Shown piece by piece: positions 38,720-60,382 of a stretch of 64,000 nt of DNA. The DNA is from Octopus vulgaris. Taxonomy: Eukaryota. A program made the position numbers and the translations under genes. The notes beneath the pieces were generated by a model. It did not search any database. It saw nothing but the letters and a program-made list of their open reading frames with translations, and was not told where the DNA came from. Every line of letters starts with the position of its first letter. Within the stretch, counting starts at the first letter, position 1. The stretch lies in assembly GCA_951406725.2 (NCBI GenBank), contig OX597816.1, positions 176,390,001-176,454,000 on the forward strand. The letters are read 5' to 3'.

Positions 38720-39028
38720 ATTCTGTCTTATTCTGTTGGATTTGGATGTTCCTATTTAATCTAAATAATTAGTTAATAAATAATATGAATTGGTATTATC
38801 TGGAAGTTGATGATTGAAAGAAATTTATTCCTCCATTTTCTTATTTTGTATTATGAATTTGAGGTAAAATATTTTACCTTCGCCCATATAATACAATAAA
38901 TGAATTAATTGCATTGCAATTCTTAGCATTTATGTCAAAAAGTACCCTTCTGGGTACTTTACTGGCAGTATATTGAATATATGATATCCCTTAGTGTGTT
39001 ACACTCATAACCCCTATCTCACTTTGTA
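38720..39028. repeat. second copy of the ~300-bp dispersed repeat
   Basis: Homologous to 20960-21260; runs directly into the giant TA array. Confidence 0.8.
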
Positions 39029-47013
<7,985 letters not shown>

Positions 47014-50000
47014 GATTGCCTTTGCTCTGTGAAAAAGTCTGCATAGAACGGCGAAATAACCCACTGTAGTTGCAAAACGTAAAACTCTAAGTCATAGAGA
47101 TCACTACAACACTTTGGTTAAAAATATTTTTAAAAATATATATATAAATATATACATATACACAGTAATTTTCATTTTCGCCGAAACGCACATGGTGCAA
47201 AAATAACTGAATCAAGTTATCTCCTGCAAGAAAGAAAAAAGAAGCATCTCTCCCGAAAAAAATCCCGTAAACCAAAAAAAAATTATCCAGACCACATTGT
47301 TGGATTAAGTATCAATTTCATCTATTTCATATTTTATTTATTATTCTATTTTATCTTTCACTTAGGCCCACATCTTAGTTAAAGTTGCGATCGTCATTTG
47401 GTTTGTTTACATTTTCAATAACTGTTCTCGATATAATAATTTTCCAGATACTCTATCTTCTAATTAGCCTTAAGATTAAATTAAATAACGTTTAATATTG
47501 ATACCGTCAAATTAGCCTTAGGATTAAATTAAATAACGTTTAATATAGTTTAATATTGTTAATAATTATTGTTAATTAGCCTTAAGATTAAATTAAATAA
47601 CGTTTAATATTGTTTTAATATTGTTAATAATTTTTCAGATACTCTATCTTCTAATTAGCCTTAAGATTAAATTAAATAACGTTTAATATTAATAACGTCT
47701 AATTAGCCTTAGGATTAAATTAAATAACGTTTAATATTGTTAATAATTATTGTTAATTAGCCTTAGGATTAAATTAAATAACGTTTAATATTGTTTAATA
47801 TTGTTAATAATTACTGTAAATTAGCCTTAAGATTAAATTAAATAACGTTTAATATTGTTTAATATTGTTAATAATAATTATTGCTAATTAGCCTTAGGAT
47901 TAAATTAAATAACGTTTAATATTATTTAATATTGTTATTAATTATTTAGCATTAGCTCCACATTAAATTAAATAATCAAAGTGTTAATAATTCTTCAGAT
48001 TTATCTTCTTAATTAGCCTTAAGATTAAATTAAATAACGTTTAATATTACCTACACTCTAATATAATATTAACATTGCTAATATATTTTCAGATACTCTA
48101 TCTTCTCTATTAGCCTTAAGATTAAATAACGTTTTTATCCACACTCTAATATAATATTAATATTGCTAATATATTTTCAGATACTCTATCTTCTAATTAG
48201 CCTTAAGATTAAATTAAATAACGTTTAATATTAATAACGTCTAATTAGCCTTAAGATTAAATTAAATAACGGTTAATATTGCTTAATATTGTATATATAA
48301 TTTTTCAGATAATTCTGTCTTCTAATTAGCCTTAAGATTAAATTAAATAACGTTTAATATTACCCACACTCTAATATAATATTAATATTGCTAATATATT
48401 TTCAGATACTCTATCTCCAAATTAGCCTTAAAGATTAAATAACGTTTTTTTTACCCACACTCTAATATAATATTAATATTGCTAATATATTTTCAGATAA
48501 TTTCCATCTCTAATTAGTCTTTTAAGATTAAATAACGTTTTTTACCCAAATAACGTTTTTACACAAACTTTAATATTGTTAATATTTCTTTTTCAAGTAC
48601 TCTATCTTCTAATTAGCCTCCAATATCTTCCTGTCTTCTCTCGAACATAATTAGATAGATAAACGGATAGACGGATTATCCAGCATGTCCAGAGCATGGA
48701 GACGTGACGAGCTGGATTTATTCGTACGAGCATGGGAGTGCGCCGGCGGAGATAGCCCTAGCGAGGTGATTGCGGCTGCGCTGAAGAGCAGAGGCTACAA
48801 GAGGACAGCGGCTCAGATGGAGCGAAAGAGACAGGAATTCGTGCGCTCATATGCGCTGGTACGGTCGCACATTGGCGCACTTGATGCCATCTTTGAGAAC
48901 GAGCGGGGCAAAGATGGCAAGAATGGAGACGATGAAAGAAGTCACCCCCACCTGGTGGACGCCCAGGAGGAGGTTTTGAATGAGAAACCTGCCCGGGAAG
49001 TGAACCCAGGTGCAAGTTCTCCAACCGGCAGCAAGGGCCATGGAGACGGAGAACCCGGTGAAGAGGTAGAGGGAGGAAGAAGAACTAAAAGAAGGACTGG
49101 AAGAGCTAAAGGAAAAGAAAAAGCTCAAGCAGGACCAAAGAGTGAAACAACCAGGAGTAGAAGTGGAACCGCAAAGGATGGAACCAAACAGCGCACACGG
49201 GTGTGTATGTTCTACCTGAGAGGTTCCTGCTGGCACGGAAAGGAAGGTGCAGGCTGCCGCTTTGCACATCGGGGACCCTGCCACAGAGACACGAGGCAGA
49301 TGGACAAACCATCAACACAAAGAAAAGGGATGGACTACGCACCACCCCGTCCCAAAGCGGAGGTACGCAGATGTTGTGCGCGCCACAAACAGCCAACATG
49401 ATGTTGTCGAAAGAGCAGTTGCTGAGCAACAATCTTTTTTGTGCATGGCACAAAAAGATTGTACAGCAGCTGACCTGGCTTCATCAAACCCAAGCCCGCA
49501 GGTGGGACTACCCACTATATACCAGACCACCACAGCAAACAGACACAGGATGGACACCGCCGGCAACAACGTACACCTCACCTCGATACTCCTACTGAAC
49601 ATCAGAGGACTGCAAACACTCAGTAACAGGACAAAGATCCCGTTCCTGAGAGACTTTGTTGCATGCAATCAAGCCTTATGCATAGCACTTACAGAAACGC
49701 ACCTGGAAACCGGACATAGCAGATGTGGAGTTACACATACCACAGTATGCTGTACTACGGACCGACAGGAAAGAAAGGAGTCATGGAGGTGTTGCTATGT
49801 ACATCCGTGAGGACCTCACACCCCAGGTCCTCTTGTCATACTCAAACTCGGTGTGTGACACACTAATTGTACATATTAGGCAACTTGATGTAGTTGTGTG
49901 TGCTACATATCGCCCTCCAGATGCCCCAAGCCATGTGGGCAAGTTCGAAGACTGCCTTATAAAAATAGAAGAAATTCTAACCACATTAGAACAACACACG

Positions 50001-52500
50001 TTATAGGTGTGCTTCTTATGGGAGACTTCAATCTGCCCAATGTCAGATGGCCCGAGGGCCTTTCTCTCCCAGGAATGACAAGATGTGAACGTAGACAGGC
50101 GAGGTCCCTCCTGAACCTCATCAACACCCTGTACATGGAGCAGGTAATACTCCAACCAACCAGGGCAGGTAACACACTGGATCTCTGCTTCACAAATGAC
50201 ATGGATCTCATCCATAATGTGAAAGTGACACCGACACTACTCTCGGATCACAACATGGTAGAGCTGACCATGTACGGGCCAAAAGAGAGCACGGACATGC
50301 AGCCTACAAGAAACCCTCAAAATCTTTCCAGCTTGAACTACCATAAGGCAAACTGGAAACAAATTGAGAAAGAGATCCTCAAACAAAACTGGCCTGAATG
50401 TCTCTCCTCGCCAGACATCGACGTGAAACTTCAACAATTCATGTCTGTAATGCAAGCCATATGCTACAAATGTGTCCCAGAGAGAAAGGCCACTGTACAC
50501 AAGAACAAAATCCCCAGAGAGAGGAAAATTTTAATGAGACGGCGTACGAAATTTTCAAATCGCCTAAACAAACAGATTGAAAGCAGTGAAAAGTCCCGCC
50601 TAAAAAATAAAACTGTTGGAAATCGAAAAATGTCTGCAACTCTCCCATGAAAAAGAAAGAGCAGACAAAGAAGCCTGGGCTATAGAAAACATAAAATCTA
50701 ACCCCAGAGCTTTCTACAGGTATGCCAAAGAAACAGCTACAGTGCACTGTAGAATAGGGCCACTCCTCGAAAAGGATGGCACACTTACAGGAAAACCAAT
50801 GAGGGTAAGTGAAATACTGAATGAGCAATTCAAGAGTGTTTTCACTCCACCCTTGGGCATCTCCAAATCACCAATCCAACTGACTTTTTTACCACTGCAG
50901 ATATAAAATCAGAGGCGGCGACGATAGATTACATCGATATAAATGAAGACGATGTAACCAAGGCTATAGATGAAATGAAAACAGACTCAGCTACTGGCCC
51001 CGATGGATTCCCGGCAATCCTCCTAAAAGCATGTAAGAGAGTCCTAGCAAGACCACTGCAGTTCCTCTTTCAGAGCTTCCTTTGCAGCTGGCAAACTTCC
51101 AGGAAAACTGAAGGAAGGTAAAATATGCCCCATTCATAAAGGAGGTAGCAGAGCGGAAGCCAAGAACTATAGACCTATCTCTCTGACCTCACACATCAGC
51201 AAGGTCATGGAACGAATAGTCAGAAGGAAGCTGATCACCTTCCTTGAAGAGAATGACTTGCTGCCCGACACCCAACATGGTTTCCGACCAGGGAGAAGCT
51301 GTTTAACTCAGCTCCTACAACACTATGACTGGGTGCTGAAACGGCTGCTCAACCACTCAAATGTGGAAGTGATATATCTCGACTTTGCAAAGGCCTTTGA
51401 TAAAGTCGATCATGGAATGATATGTCACAAACTGCGTGATCTCAACATAGTTGGAAAACTGGGAGAATGGCTTCATGACTTTCTGAAGGATAGAAGTCAG
51501 GTGGTAGTAGCCAATGGGGCCACCTCCATTAACACACAAATAGTGAGCGGTGTTCCGCAGGGCACTGTTCTGGGACCACTACTGTTCATAATGGCCCTCT
51601 CAGACATGCCCTCAGCCACGCAGAGAGCCACGATCACAAGTTATGCAGATGATACAAAAGTTTCACAGGCAATACAGAACCCTGAGGACACTAAACACCT
51701 GCAATGTGAGCTGGACGAAATATACAAGTGGGCTGAAAAGAATAGCATGCAGTTCAATGCTGGAAAGTTTCAAGCTTTATACTATCAGCATGCAAAACTG
51801 AATGCAATACCCAATGAATACACTGGACCCGGAGGGGATTGCAATCCCAGAGGCACAATCAGTGCGTGACCTGGGTATTCACATGAGTGATGACGCGACC
51901 TTTCATGTACATGTTGCTAAACTGACAATGAAATGTAGACGGCTGGCTGGATGGATTCTTAGAACCTTTAGAACAAGAGAACAAGAAACCATGATGGTCC
52001 TCTGGAAGACACTTGTCCTAAGCCACTTTGACTATTGCTCTCAGCTATGGTCACCATCCAGTGTCAAGTTGATCACAGAACTTGAGGCGATCCAACGAAG
52101 CTACACAAAGAAGATAGCCTCTATGCAGAATGTAAGCTACTGGGAAAGACTCAAGAGATTAAAATTATATTCCCTGGAGCGTAGCAGTGGGAAAGATATG
52201 CCATAATATACATCTGGAAGATCCTGGAGGGAAGTGTCCTGAACTTTGGCATCGAGAGTTACGCAAATGCCAGAACTGGGCAGCCACTGCGTGGTGCCTA
52301 GGACTCCAAACCTGCCATCAAGATGTAGGACAAGATACTGTGATAGCCTGGGCTTCCGAGGCCCACAGCTCTTCAATATCCTCCCGAAGAACCTGAGAGA
52401 CCTGCATGGGGTGGATACAGATGTCTTTAAAATGAAGCTGGATCTCTTCCTGTCAGGTGTCCCAGATGAACCAACTTCACGGCAGGAGGGGCAGATGAGA
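47014..52500 (+). mobile_element. CR1-like LINE copy 2, near full length (tandem-repeat 5' region, ORF1 48685-~49598, ORF2 from ~49550), frameshifted, cut by the gap
   Basis: ORF1 has a Myb-like N-terminus and a CCCH finger. APE motifs NIRGL, LTETH, MGDFN, SDH; RT motifs GVPQGTVLGP, YADD. Confidence 0.92.
47445..48620 (+). repeat. AT-rich tandem repeat upstream of LINE ORF1
   Basis: Core AATTAGCCTTA(A/G)GATTAAATTAAATAACGTTTAATATT repeated more than ten times with variable linkers. Confidence 0.9.
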
Positions 52501-52600
52501 NNNNNNNNNNNNNNNNNNNNNNNNNNNNNNNNNNNNNNNNNNNNNNNNNNNNNNNNNNNNNNNNNNNNNNNNNNNNNNNNNNNNNNNNNNNNNNNNNNNN
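52501..52600. other. assembly gap (100 N)
   Basis: Run of N. Confidence 1.
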
Positions 52601-52624
52601 ATATTTTTTATTTATTTTTTATTT

Positions 52625-53083
<459 letters not shown>

Positions 53084-53329
53084 CTATAGTTCATCTCTAT
53101 ATATTGATGTCTCGTGTCTTGTGTTAAATATATATATAATCCTATAGCTCGCCCCCTAATTTTATCGATCAGCCTCACGTCTCGTTAAATATAGAATAAA
53201 TATATTTATAATTTTATAGCTCCTTATCGCTGTCTAAGATAAATATAGCTCACGTATCTCCCATAAATCTGCAAAATATCTCTCTCTCAAATTTAGGTAT
53301 TTTATACCTACTAATAAATATTCCTTTCC

Positions 53330-56300
53330 AAGAAAGGAATTGCGTACATGGCTGCTAGTTTTCGCGGTGCACCCCCTCCACCGGTACAGGAAGTCCTAAA
53401 TTTTCTCATCCTTGTTGTCTCCCATGTACACTTCAAAGTCTTACGCCACCCCCACCTCCTTCCATAAAAGGTAGTGGTCATTCATTGCAAGATATGTTAG
53501 TGTAGTGTACGCGGTTTGAACTTGAGTTTTATTGTGTCTATGAATCCTGCCAAACGCGAGTTTTCTTTTCAGGTTCATGAAGCTGCTGGAGCCATTACCT
53601 CCCACTCCCTCAACGTTGGCACACTGAAAGGCAGATCTGGCGAGATCGTTGAATTGCTTGAACGGAGGTGTGTTGATATATACTGCATTCAAGAAGTGAG
53701 GTGGAGAGGAGGTTCTGCTAGGTTCCTCACAGGCAAAGGACAGAGGTACAAGATTTTCTGGGCTGGGAATACTGTTGAGGTTGGGGGCGTGGGTATACTT
53801 ATTGCCGAAAAATGGGTAGATAAGGTAATCGAGGTAGTCAGAGTATGTGACAGAATACTTAAGATTAGATTAGTGCTCCATCATAGTTTAGCAACTATTA
53901 TATCGGCTTATGCCCCTCAGACAGGGCTACCCGATGGACAGAAAGACAGTTTCTATGACACCCTACTGCAGACCACCTCATTGACAAACGACAGGGACCT
54001 TCTCTTTGTGGCTGGTGACTTCAATGGGCATGTTGGACGACATGCTGGGGGCTTCCATGACGTACATGGAGGCTACAGTTATGGTTCCCGCAACGAGGAG
54101 GGAACCAGGCTGCTGGAGTTCTGTGATGCGAATAGTCTTATGGTTTGCAACACTAACTTCAGGAAACCGACAAGCCACCTGGTCACCTACCGATCGGGCC
54201 AGCATACTAGCCAAATCGACAACATCCTTGCCAGAAAAAGGGAAAGATGGCTGCTTCCTTGGCGAAGAATGTACCCCACAACATAGACTGGTAGTTAGTG
54301 ACTTTAGGATCAGGACTAAGAGGACGACTAGAAGACAACCAACATGGAGAAGGGTCTGGAAGCTTAAAGACCCTGCAAATGGACAGAGATTTAGAGACAT
54401 GTTACTTGAAGCCTTTGAAGAAATAGAAGTGGGTATAGCTACACATGGGGTAGAAGACAACTGGACGCTTCTAAGGGACAACCTACTGAAAGCCACTGAC
54501 CAGATCTGTGGCTGGTGCAAAGTCCCCTCAAGACCCAAAATAACGTGGTGGTGGAACAATATTGTTGACAGGGCTATTAGACAAAAGAAACAGGCATGGA
54601 AGGACTGGAAGAATGGTGGTAGCAGGGAAGTGTATCAGACTGCCAGAAGGGAAGCTAGGAGGCAGGTGTATTTAGCCAGAGGGGAAGCAGATAAGAAAAA
54701 ATTTGCCAATGTTCTGTGCCGTGAGGATGAAAGACTTGAGGTATTTCGTGTTGCAAGACAGTGTTTGAGAGAGAATCGTGACGTGGTAGGAGAGAAATGT
54801 GTTCGCAAGGATGACGGTTCACTTGCGCTAAATGAGGATGCAAAGAGAGAGGTTTGGAGACGCCACTATGAAAGGTTACTGAATAGGATAAAGAGAGTCT
54901 GCCGAATGTCGACCTAACAGTGGGACGAGCTATCCGAGTTGACAGTTCCTTGGTAGTTAAGGCAATTAGAAGCATGAAGACAGGGAAAGCCCCAGGCCCA
55001 TCAGGAATTACTGCAGAGATGCTCAAAATATCTGGTAGTGTCGGCTATAGCCTAGTCACCCGTATAGTTAACCAGGTGATACAAGGAGTTATTTGCAATG
55101 ACTGGTGTAGCAGCATAATAGTCAACTGCTACAAAGGTAAAGGTGACGCCCTAGATACAAATAACTACAGAGGTATCAAGCTCTTGGATCAGGTAATGAA
55201 GGTTACAGAGAGGGTCATAGCCCAACTAATTAGAGAGAGAGTTAGTTTAGATGAGATGCAGTTTGGGTTTGTGCCAGGGAAAAGTACTACTGATGCTATA
55301 TTCCTGGTAAGACAGCTGCAGGAGAAATACCTAGCCAAAGATAAGCCCCTGTACTTGGCTTTTGTTGACATGGAGAAAGCCTTCGACAGGGTCCCCCGAT
55401 CACTTATCTGGTGGACAATGAGGAAACTAGGGATAGATGAATGGTTAGTGAGAGCTGTGCGAGCCATGTACAGGGATGCTGCTAGTAAGGTGAGGGTTGG
55501 CAACAAGTACAGTGAAGAATTCCGGGTAGAGGTTGGGGTCCACCAAGGTTCAGTCCTCAGTCCCCTCCTATTTATCATAGTCCTCCAGGCAATAATGGAG
55601 GAATTCAGGACAGGATGCCCCTGGGAGCTCCTCTATGCTGATGAACTTGCCCTAATTGCTGAGTCACTATCAGAACAGGAGGAGAGGTTTCAGGTGTGGA
55701 AGCAAGGTTTAGAATCGAAGGGCCTTAGAATCAACCTAGCCAAAACCAAAGTACTAATAAGTAGGAAGGTAGACCAATCACAAACGCCTTCAGGTAGATG
55801 GCCCTGCTCGATCTGTAAAAAAGGCGTAGGTAGAAACTCTATAAGGTGCACCAAGTGTAAGCTATGGACACATAAGAGGTGCAGCAATGTCAAAGGAAGG
55901 CTAACTAGGAAAATAGTTTTTGTCTGTGGCAGATGTTCCGGAGCAATAAACACTGAAAATGTGCAGAGACCAACTTCTACCACGTTCCAGGGAGAAAAAC
56001 TAGAAGTAGTTGATAGCTTCCGCTACCTAGGTGACCAAGTCAGTAGCGGGGGTGGGTGTGCTGAAAGTGTAACTGCTAGAGTAAGAATAGCCTGGGCAAA
56101 GTTTAGGGAGCTCTTACCCCTGCTGGTGACAAAAGGCCTCTCGCTCAGAGTAAAAGGCAGACTGTATGATGCATGTGTATGTACAGCCATGCTACATGGT
56201 AGTGAAACATGGGTTGTGACTGCTGAGGATATGCGTAAGCTCTCAAGAAATGAAGCCAGTATGCTCCGATGGATGTATAATGTCAGGGTTCATAATCGAC

Positions 56301-57288
56301 AGAGTGTAAGTACCTTGAGAGAAAAGTTGGACCTAAGAAGCATCAGTTGTGGTGTGCAAGAGGGACGTTTGTGCTGGTATGGTCATGTGACGAGAATGGC
56401 TGAAGATAGTTGTGTGCAAAAGTGCCACACCCTAGCAGTTGAGGGAACCTGTGGAAGAGGTAGACCCAGGAAAACCTGGGATGAGGTGGTGAAGCACGAC
56501 CTTCGAACTTTAGGTCTCACCAAAGAAATGACTAGAGACCGAGACCTCTGGAAGTATGCTGTGCGTGAGAAGACCCAGCAAGACTAGTGAGACCATAACC
56601 CGTGGCCTCTATCTGGTATGTAGCCAGTCGACTTATACATACCTTTCCTTCTTGGGACACAAAACTCCACTTGTGAAGACCCGTTGAGGCAAGTGAAAAT
56701 CAAAAATCAAACCAAATCAAATCAGATATCAGAAAGCAGAACCAAAATCGAAGTCGATCAACATCAATGGAAATTGCAGCTGTGATACCAGTGCCGGTGA
56801 CAAGTAAGCGAACCATCCGATCGTGGCCGTTGCCAGCTCCACCCCGACTGGCCTCCGTGCCGGTGGCACATAAAAAGCACCATCCGTTTGTGGCCGTTGC
56901 CAGCCTTGCCTGCCCCCCGCGCCGTTGGCACATAGCACCATCTGTTCGTGGCCGTTGCCAGCCTCACCTGGTCCCCGTGCTGGTGGCACATAAAAGCACC
57001 ATCCGTTCGTGGCCGTTGCCAGCCTCGCCTGGTCCCCGTGCCGGTGGCACGTAAAAAGCACCATCCGATCGTGGCCGTTAGCCAGCCTCGTCTGGCACCT
57101 GTGCCGGTGGCACGTAAAAAGCACCCACTACACTCATGGAGTGGTTGGCATTAGGAAGGGCATCCAGCCGTAGAAACATTGCCAGATCAAACTGGGCCTG
57201 GTGCAGCCTTCTGGCTTCCCAGGCCCCAGTTGAACCGTCCAACCCATGCTAGCATGGAAAGCGGACGTTAAATGATGATGATGATGAT
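53330..57288 (+). mobile_element. near full-length RTE-clade LINE (APE-RT with PHD-like insertion), inactivated
   Basis: APE motifs NVGTL, IQEVRW, SAYAPQ, AGDFNGHVG, QID; RT motifs NYRGIKLL, QFGF, DMEKAFDRV, GVHQGSVLSP, YADE; frameshifts at ~54250 and ~54900; tandem-repeat 3'UTR and (ATG)n tail. 5' end approximate. Confidence 0.93.
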
Positions 57289-58495
57289 ATATATACACAC
57301 ACATGCATATATATACATGCATACATATGTATATGTATATATGCACACATGCATATATATATACATATTCATGCATGTGTGTGTATACATCGCACACATA
57401 CACACCATGCATGTTTATGTATTTCACATACATAGCTAGGTGTCTACTATCTCTAAGGAAAACTCTTAATAACCAACTACTTCTGTAACAAAAAGAAAAA
57501 AAATCTCTTAAGTTATAACCAAAAGAACAACTGCACAAATTTCAATTTATTCTATTGTATATTTTGGCAATTAGAAGACCAGAAATTGGATTATGTTCTA
57601 CAAATTTTATTATTTACAATCTTTTCCTTTATGTCTTTGGCTAAGAGAGAACACATCTTAAACAATTCATTAGAAACTTGTACATTGACTGGTGGTCTTT
57701 CAATCCAGCCAAATGAAAAGAAATCTATTGGCTTACCAATATAACAATATACTTCATTTATACTTGCATGTTTGATATATTACAGTGTAACACATTTTTT
57801 TATCTTGGATAGAAGCTGCTATTTCCTGTTTGCTTACTCTTAGAAAGTATGAAAAACGGTTATTATTTCCTTCAAACTTTGCTTTTATATTTGTTACAGT
57901 TATTCAAACCCCAAAGTATCCCCCTCAACACATCACTATGATGCTCCCGCACTACTTCTGCTCGTGATCAGAGATGCTCATATTGACAGCCACTTAGAGA
58001 CATGCTCAAGTTGTTAAGGTCAAGCAACTGACAAGCAAATCCGTGGTATTGAGCAGAATATTTGCTATAACAATATTTCTGCTTCAGCAACTCAGCACTC
58101 TATCTGTCTGAGATGTAATGGAAAATAGGTCAGTTTCAAAACATTGATGTCCAGGTCACAAAAGCTAAATTTGAAGGGAATAGTAGTCATTTCTAGATAG
58201 AAGCAAATAGGAAATAATACTTAATAACCAAAAACAAAAAGAATAAACAATTTATTACACAGTGTTATTTAGACCTGAAATTGTGATAATTTAGCTGTCT
58301 TCAACCTTTCCCTAAATTTCAGAATATCTTAAACTTTGGTATTAGTTAACCCACTGAATACCAACCTACTTGAGATCCATTCCCTGATTCTATAAAACAA
58401 ACTTCTTGCTTTTAAGTGATCTAAATCTTTTAATTTCATTAAAATTTCATGTAAATCTGTCCCAAGTACCAGCTTATTATTTTACTAAATGTTTC

Positions 58496-58795
58496 AGAGA
58501 TGTACTTGCATAGCAAGTGACCTGATCTGAGATCGTGTGCTGGAACGAAAACAATTGCAGCATGGAAGGTATTTATAAGCCATTTAAGAAACACACAAAA
58601 ACCATTAGATTCACTTCAATATTTAAATTTAATTTGTCAAAATATTTTTTCGGCGCTTTGAGACCACAACCTGTTCACTGACAAAATTCTGAGATGCAGC
58701 ATGGAAATTTTGTCAGTGAACAGGTTGCAGTTTCAAAGCAAAGAAAATGTTTTGACAAATTGAATTTAAATGTTGAAGTGAATCTAATGGTTTCA
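58496..58795. repeat. fold-back element with hammerhead-like motifs, inserted in a TTAA MITE
   Basis: Arms 58599-58688 and 58706-58793; GTTTCA at both ends. Confidence 0.8.
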
Positions 58796-60348
58796 TTATT
58801 TCTAAAATTAACTGAAACAAAGGCAGAGTATTTCAACAGAAATACGGTAACAAAAAAGTTGAAAGAAAATTGGTCATGAGATTAAGATACTAAGATACAT
58901 AGCTTGTCGGTCATTGGTTCATTACTAAGTTACAGTAATTACACTGTATCATTAGTAAAGCACTTCATTCGTGTTTGTCAAATTTGATTGAAATGATATA
59001 GTATACCATCTAAGAGAAAATTAACCAGAAGCAGACAATCATAATATCCAGAGTGGGATTAATCCATAAGTCTTTTAAAACTACATAGACTAGTGAGAAG
59101 CACCAAATTCATTTATTTGTCATCTGGATTTTCAAAAAGAATTCACAAATTCAATTTTTTTATATATATCTGGCCAACAAATCAGATCAATCAATCAATA
59201 ATCTCAATTTCATTGAAAACATACAAAAAAAAAAAAAAAAAAAAAAAAAACATTGTGAATCAATAAATAAAAATATATTTTGCACTTATTTTCTCAAATG
59301 AAAGTAGAATCTTTAAAAAAGGACAAATATTTTTGTTAAATGCACCGAATATTTTTGATATGTTGAAAGTGAGAAAAATAAACAATAAAAAACACAGGTA
59401 AATTAAATGCAATGTCTTTTAACATTGATATGAAAAGTACTATTAAGAGTTGTAAAACAAGACATTAAGATGCATTAAAATTTGGTTGAGTAGACTTAAA
59501 CGTCAATGGTTTTGGAAATTCAAAGAATAGAGGGAGATGAGAGGGAACTACGGCAACCTACAAAAACAAAATATTACAGCCCCAATATCACAAAATCAAC
59601 TAAATGCTGTAACAAAATTTACATGTTTTACATCATTTTCTATAAGGATTTCTATGAAGTTACATTTGTAGTTTAAATTTTAAAAAAAATAATATAAAAA
59701 TAGAAATTTGATAAAAATTATGTGTGTATAAAGATAAATACATATACATATATTTCTAAATTTCACAAGTCTATTCATTTATGAACATAATTAAATATAT
59801 GCACATATATTTTCAATCCTGACACACACACATGCCTTATTGGTATACTCTGAGAGTGTATGTGTGTGTGTGTGTGTGCACATGAGCACATGCACACGTG
59901 TGGACATGTATACATCTATGTGTGTGAGTGTGTGTGAGCGTACATATGCACATTTATACATATACACATACATGCATGTATATAGACACCCACACACACA
60001 TACATATAAATATATATAAAGAATGTGGGTAGACACAGGTGTGCATTGCAATTAAGTGAAAATGTATTCTCAATACTGTTCAACAGAATGGGATGAGATG
60101 CATTTGAAGGTGAGTCTACATGGATGTCTTAGAAGGAAACTCTAAACACTTTACATGCAGAACCAAGTTTTCAATAAATGTTATACATACATATTCATGT
60201 GTATGTGCGTATATACATACATATGTGTGAAAATAGTCACGTATGTATATATACACATTCATACATATCTAAATATGTATCAGACATGTATACATGCACA
60301 CCTATGTGTATATATATATGTGTGTGTGTGTGTGTGTGAGTGTGTGTA

Positions 60349-60382
<34 letters not shown>

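Noticed and set aside
47445-48620. CRISPR-like look (conserved core plus variable linkers)
   Set aside because: The linkers are related to each other rather than unique spacers, there are no cas genes, and the context is a eukaryotic LINE 5' region.
53340-53410. HDV-like ribozyme at the RTE 5' end
   Set aside because: GC-rich and a plausible location, but I could not assign the nested double pseudoknot by eye.
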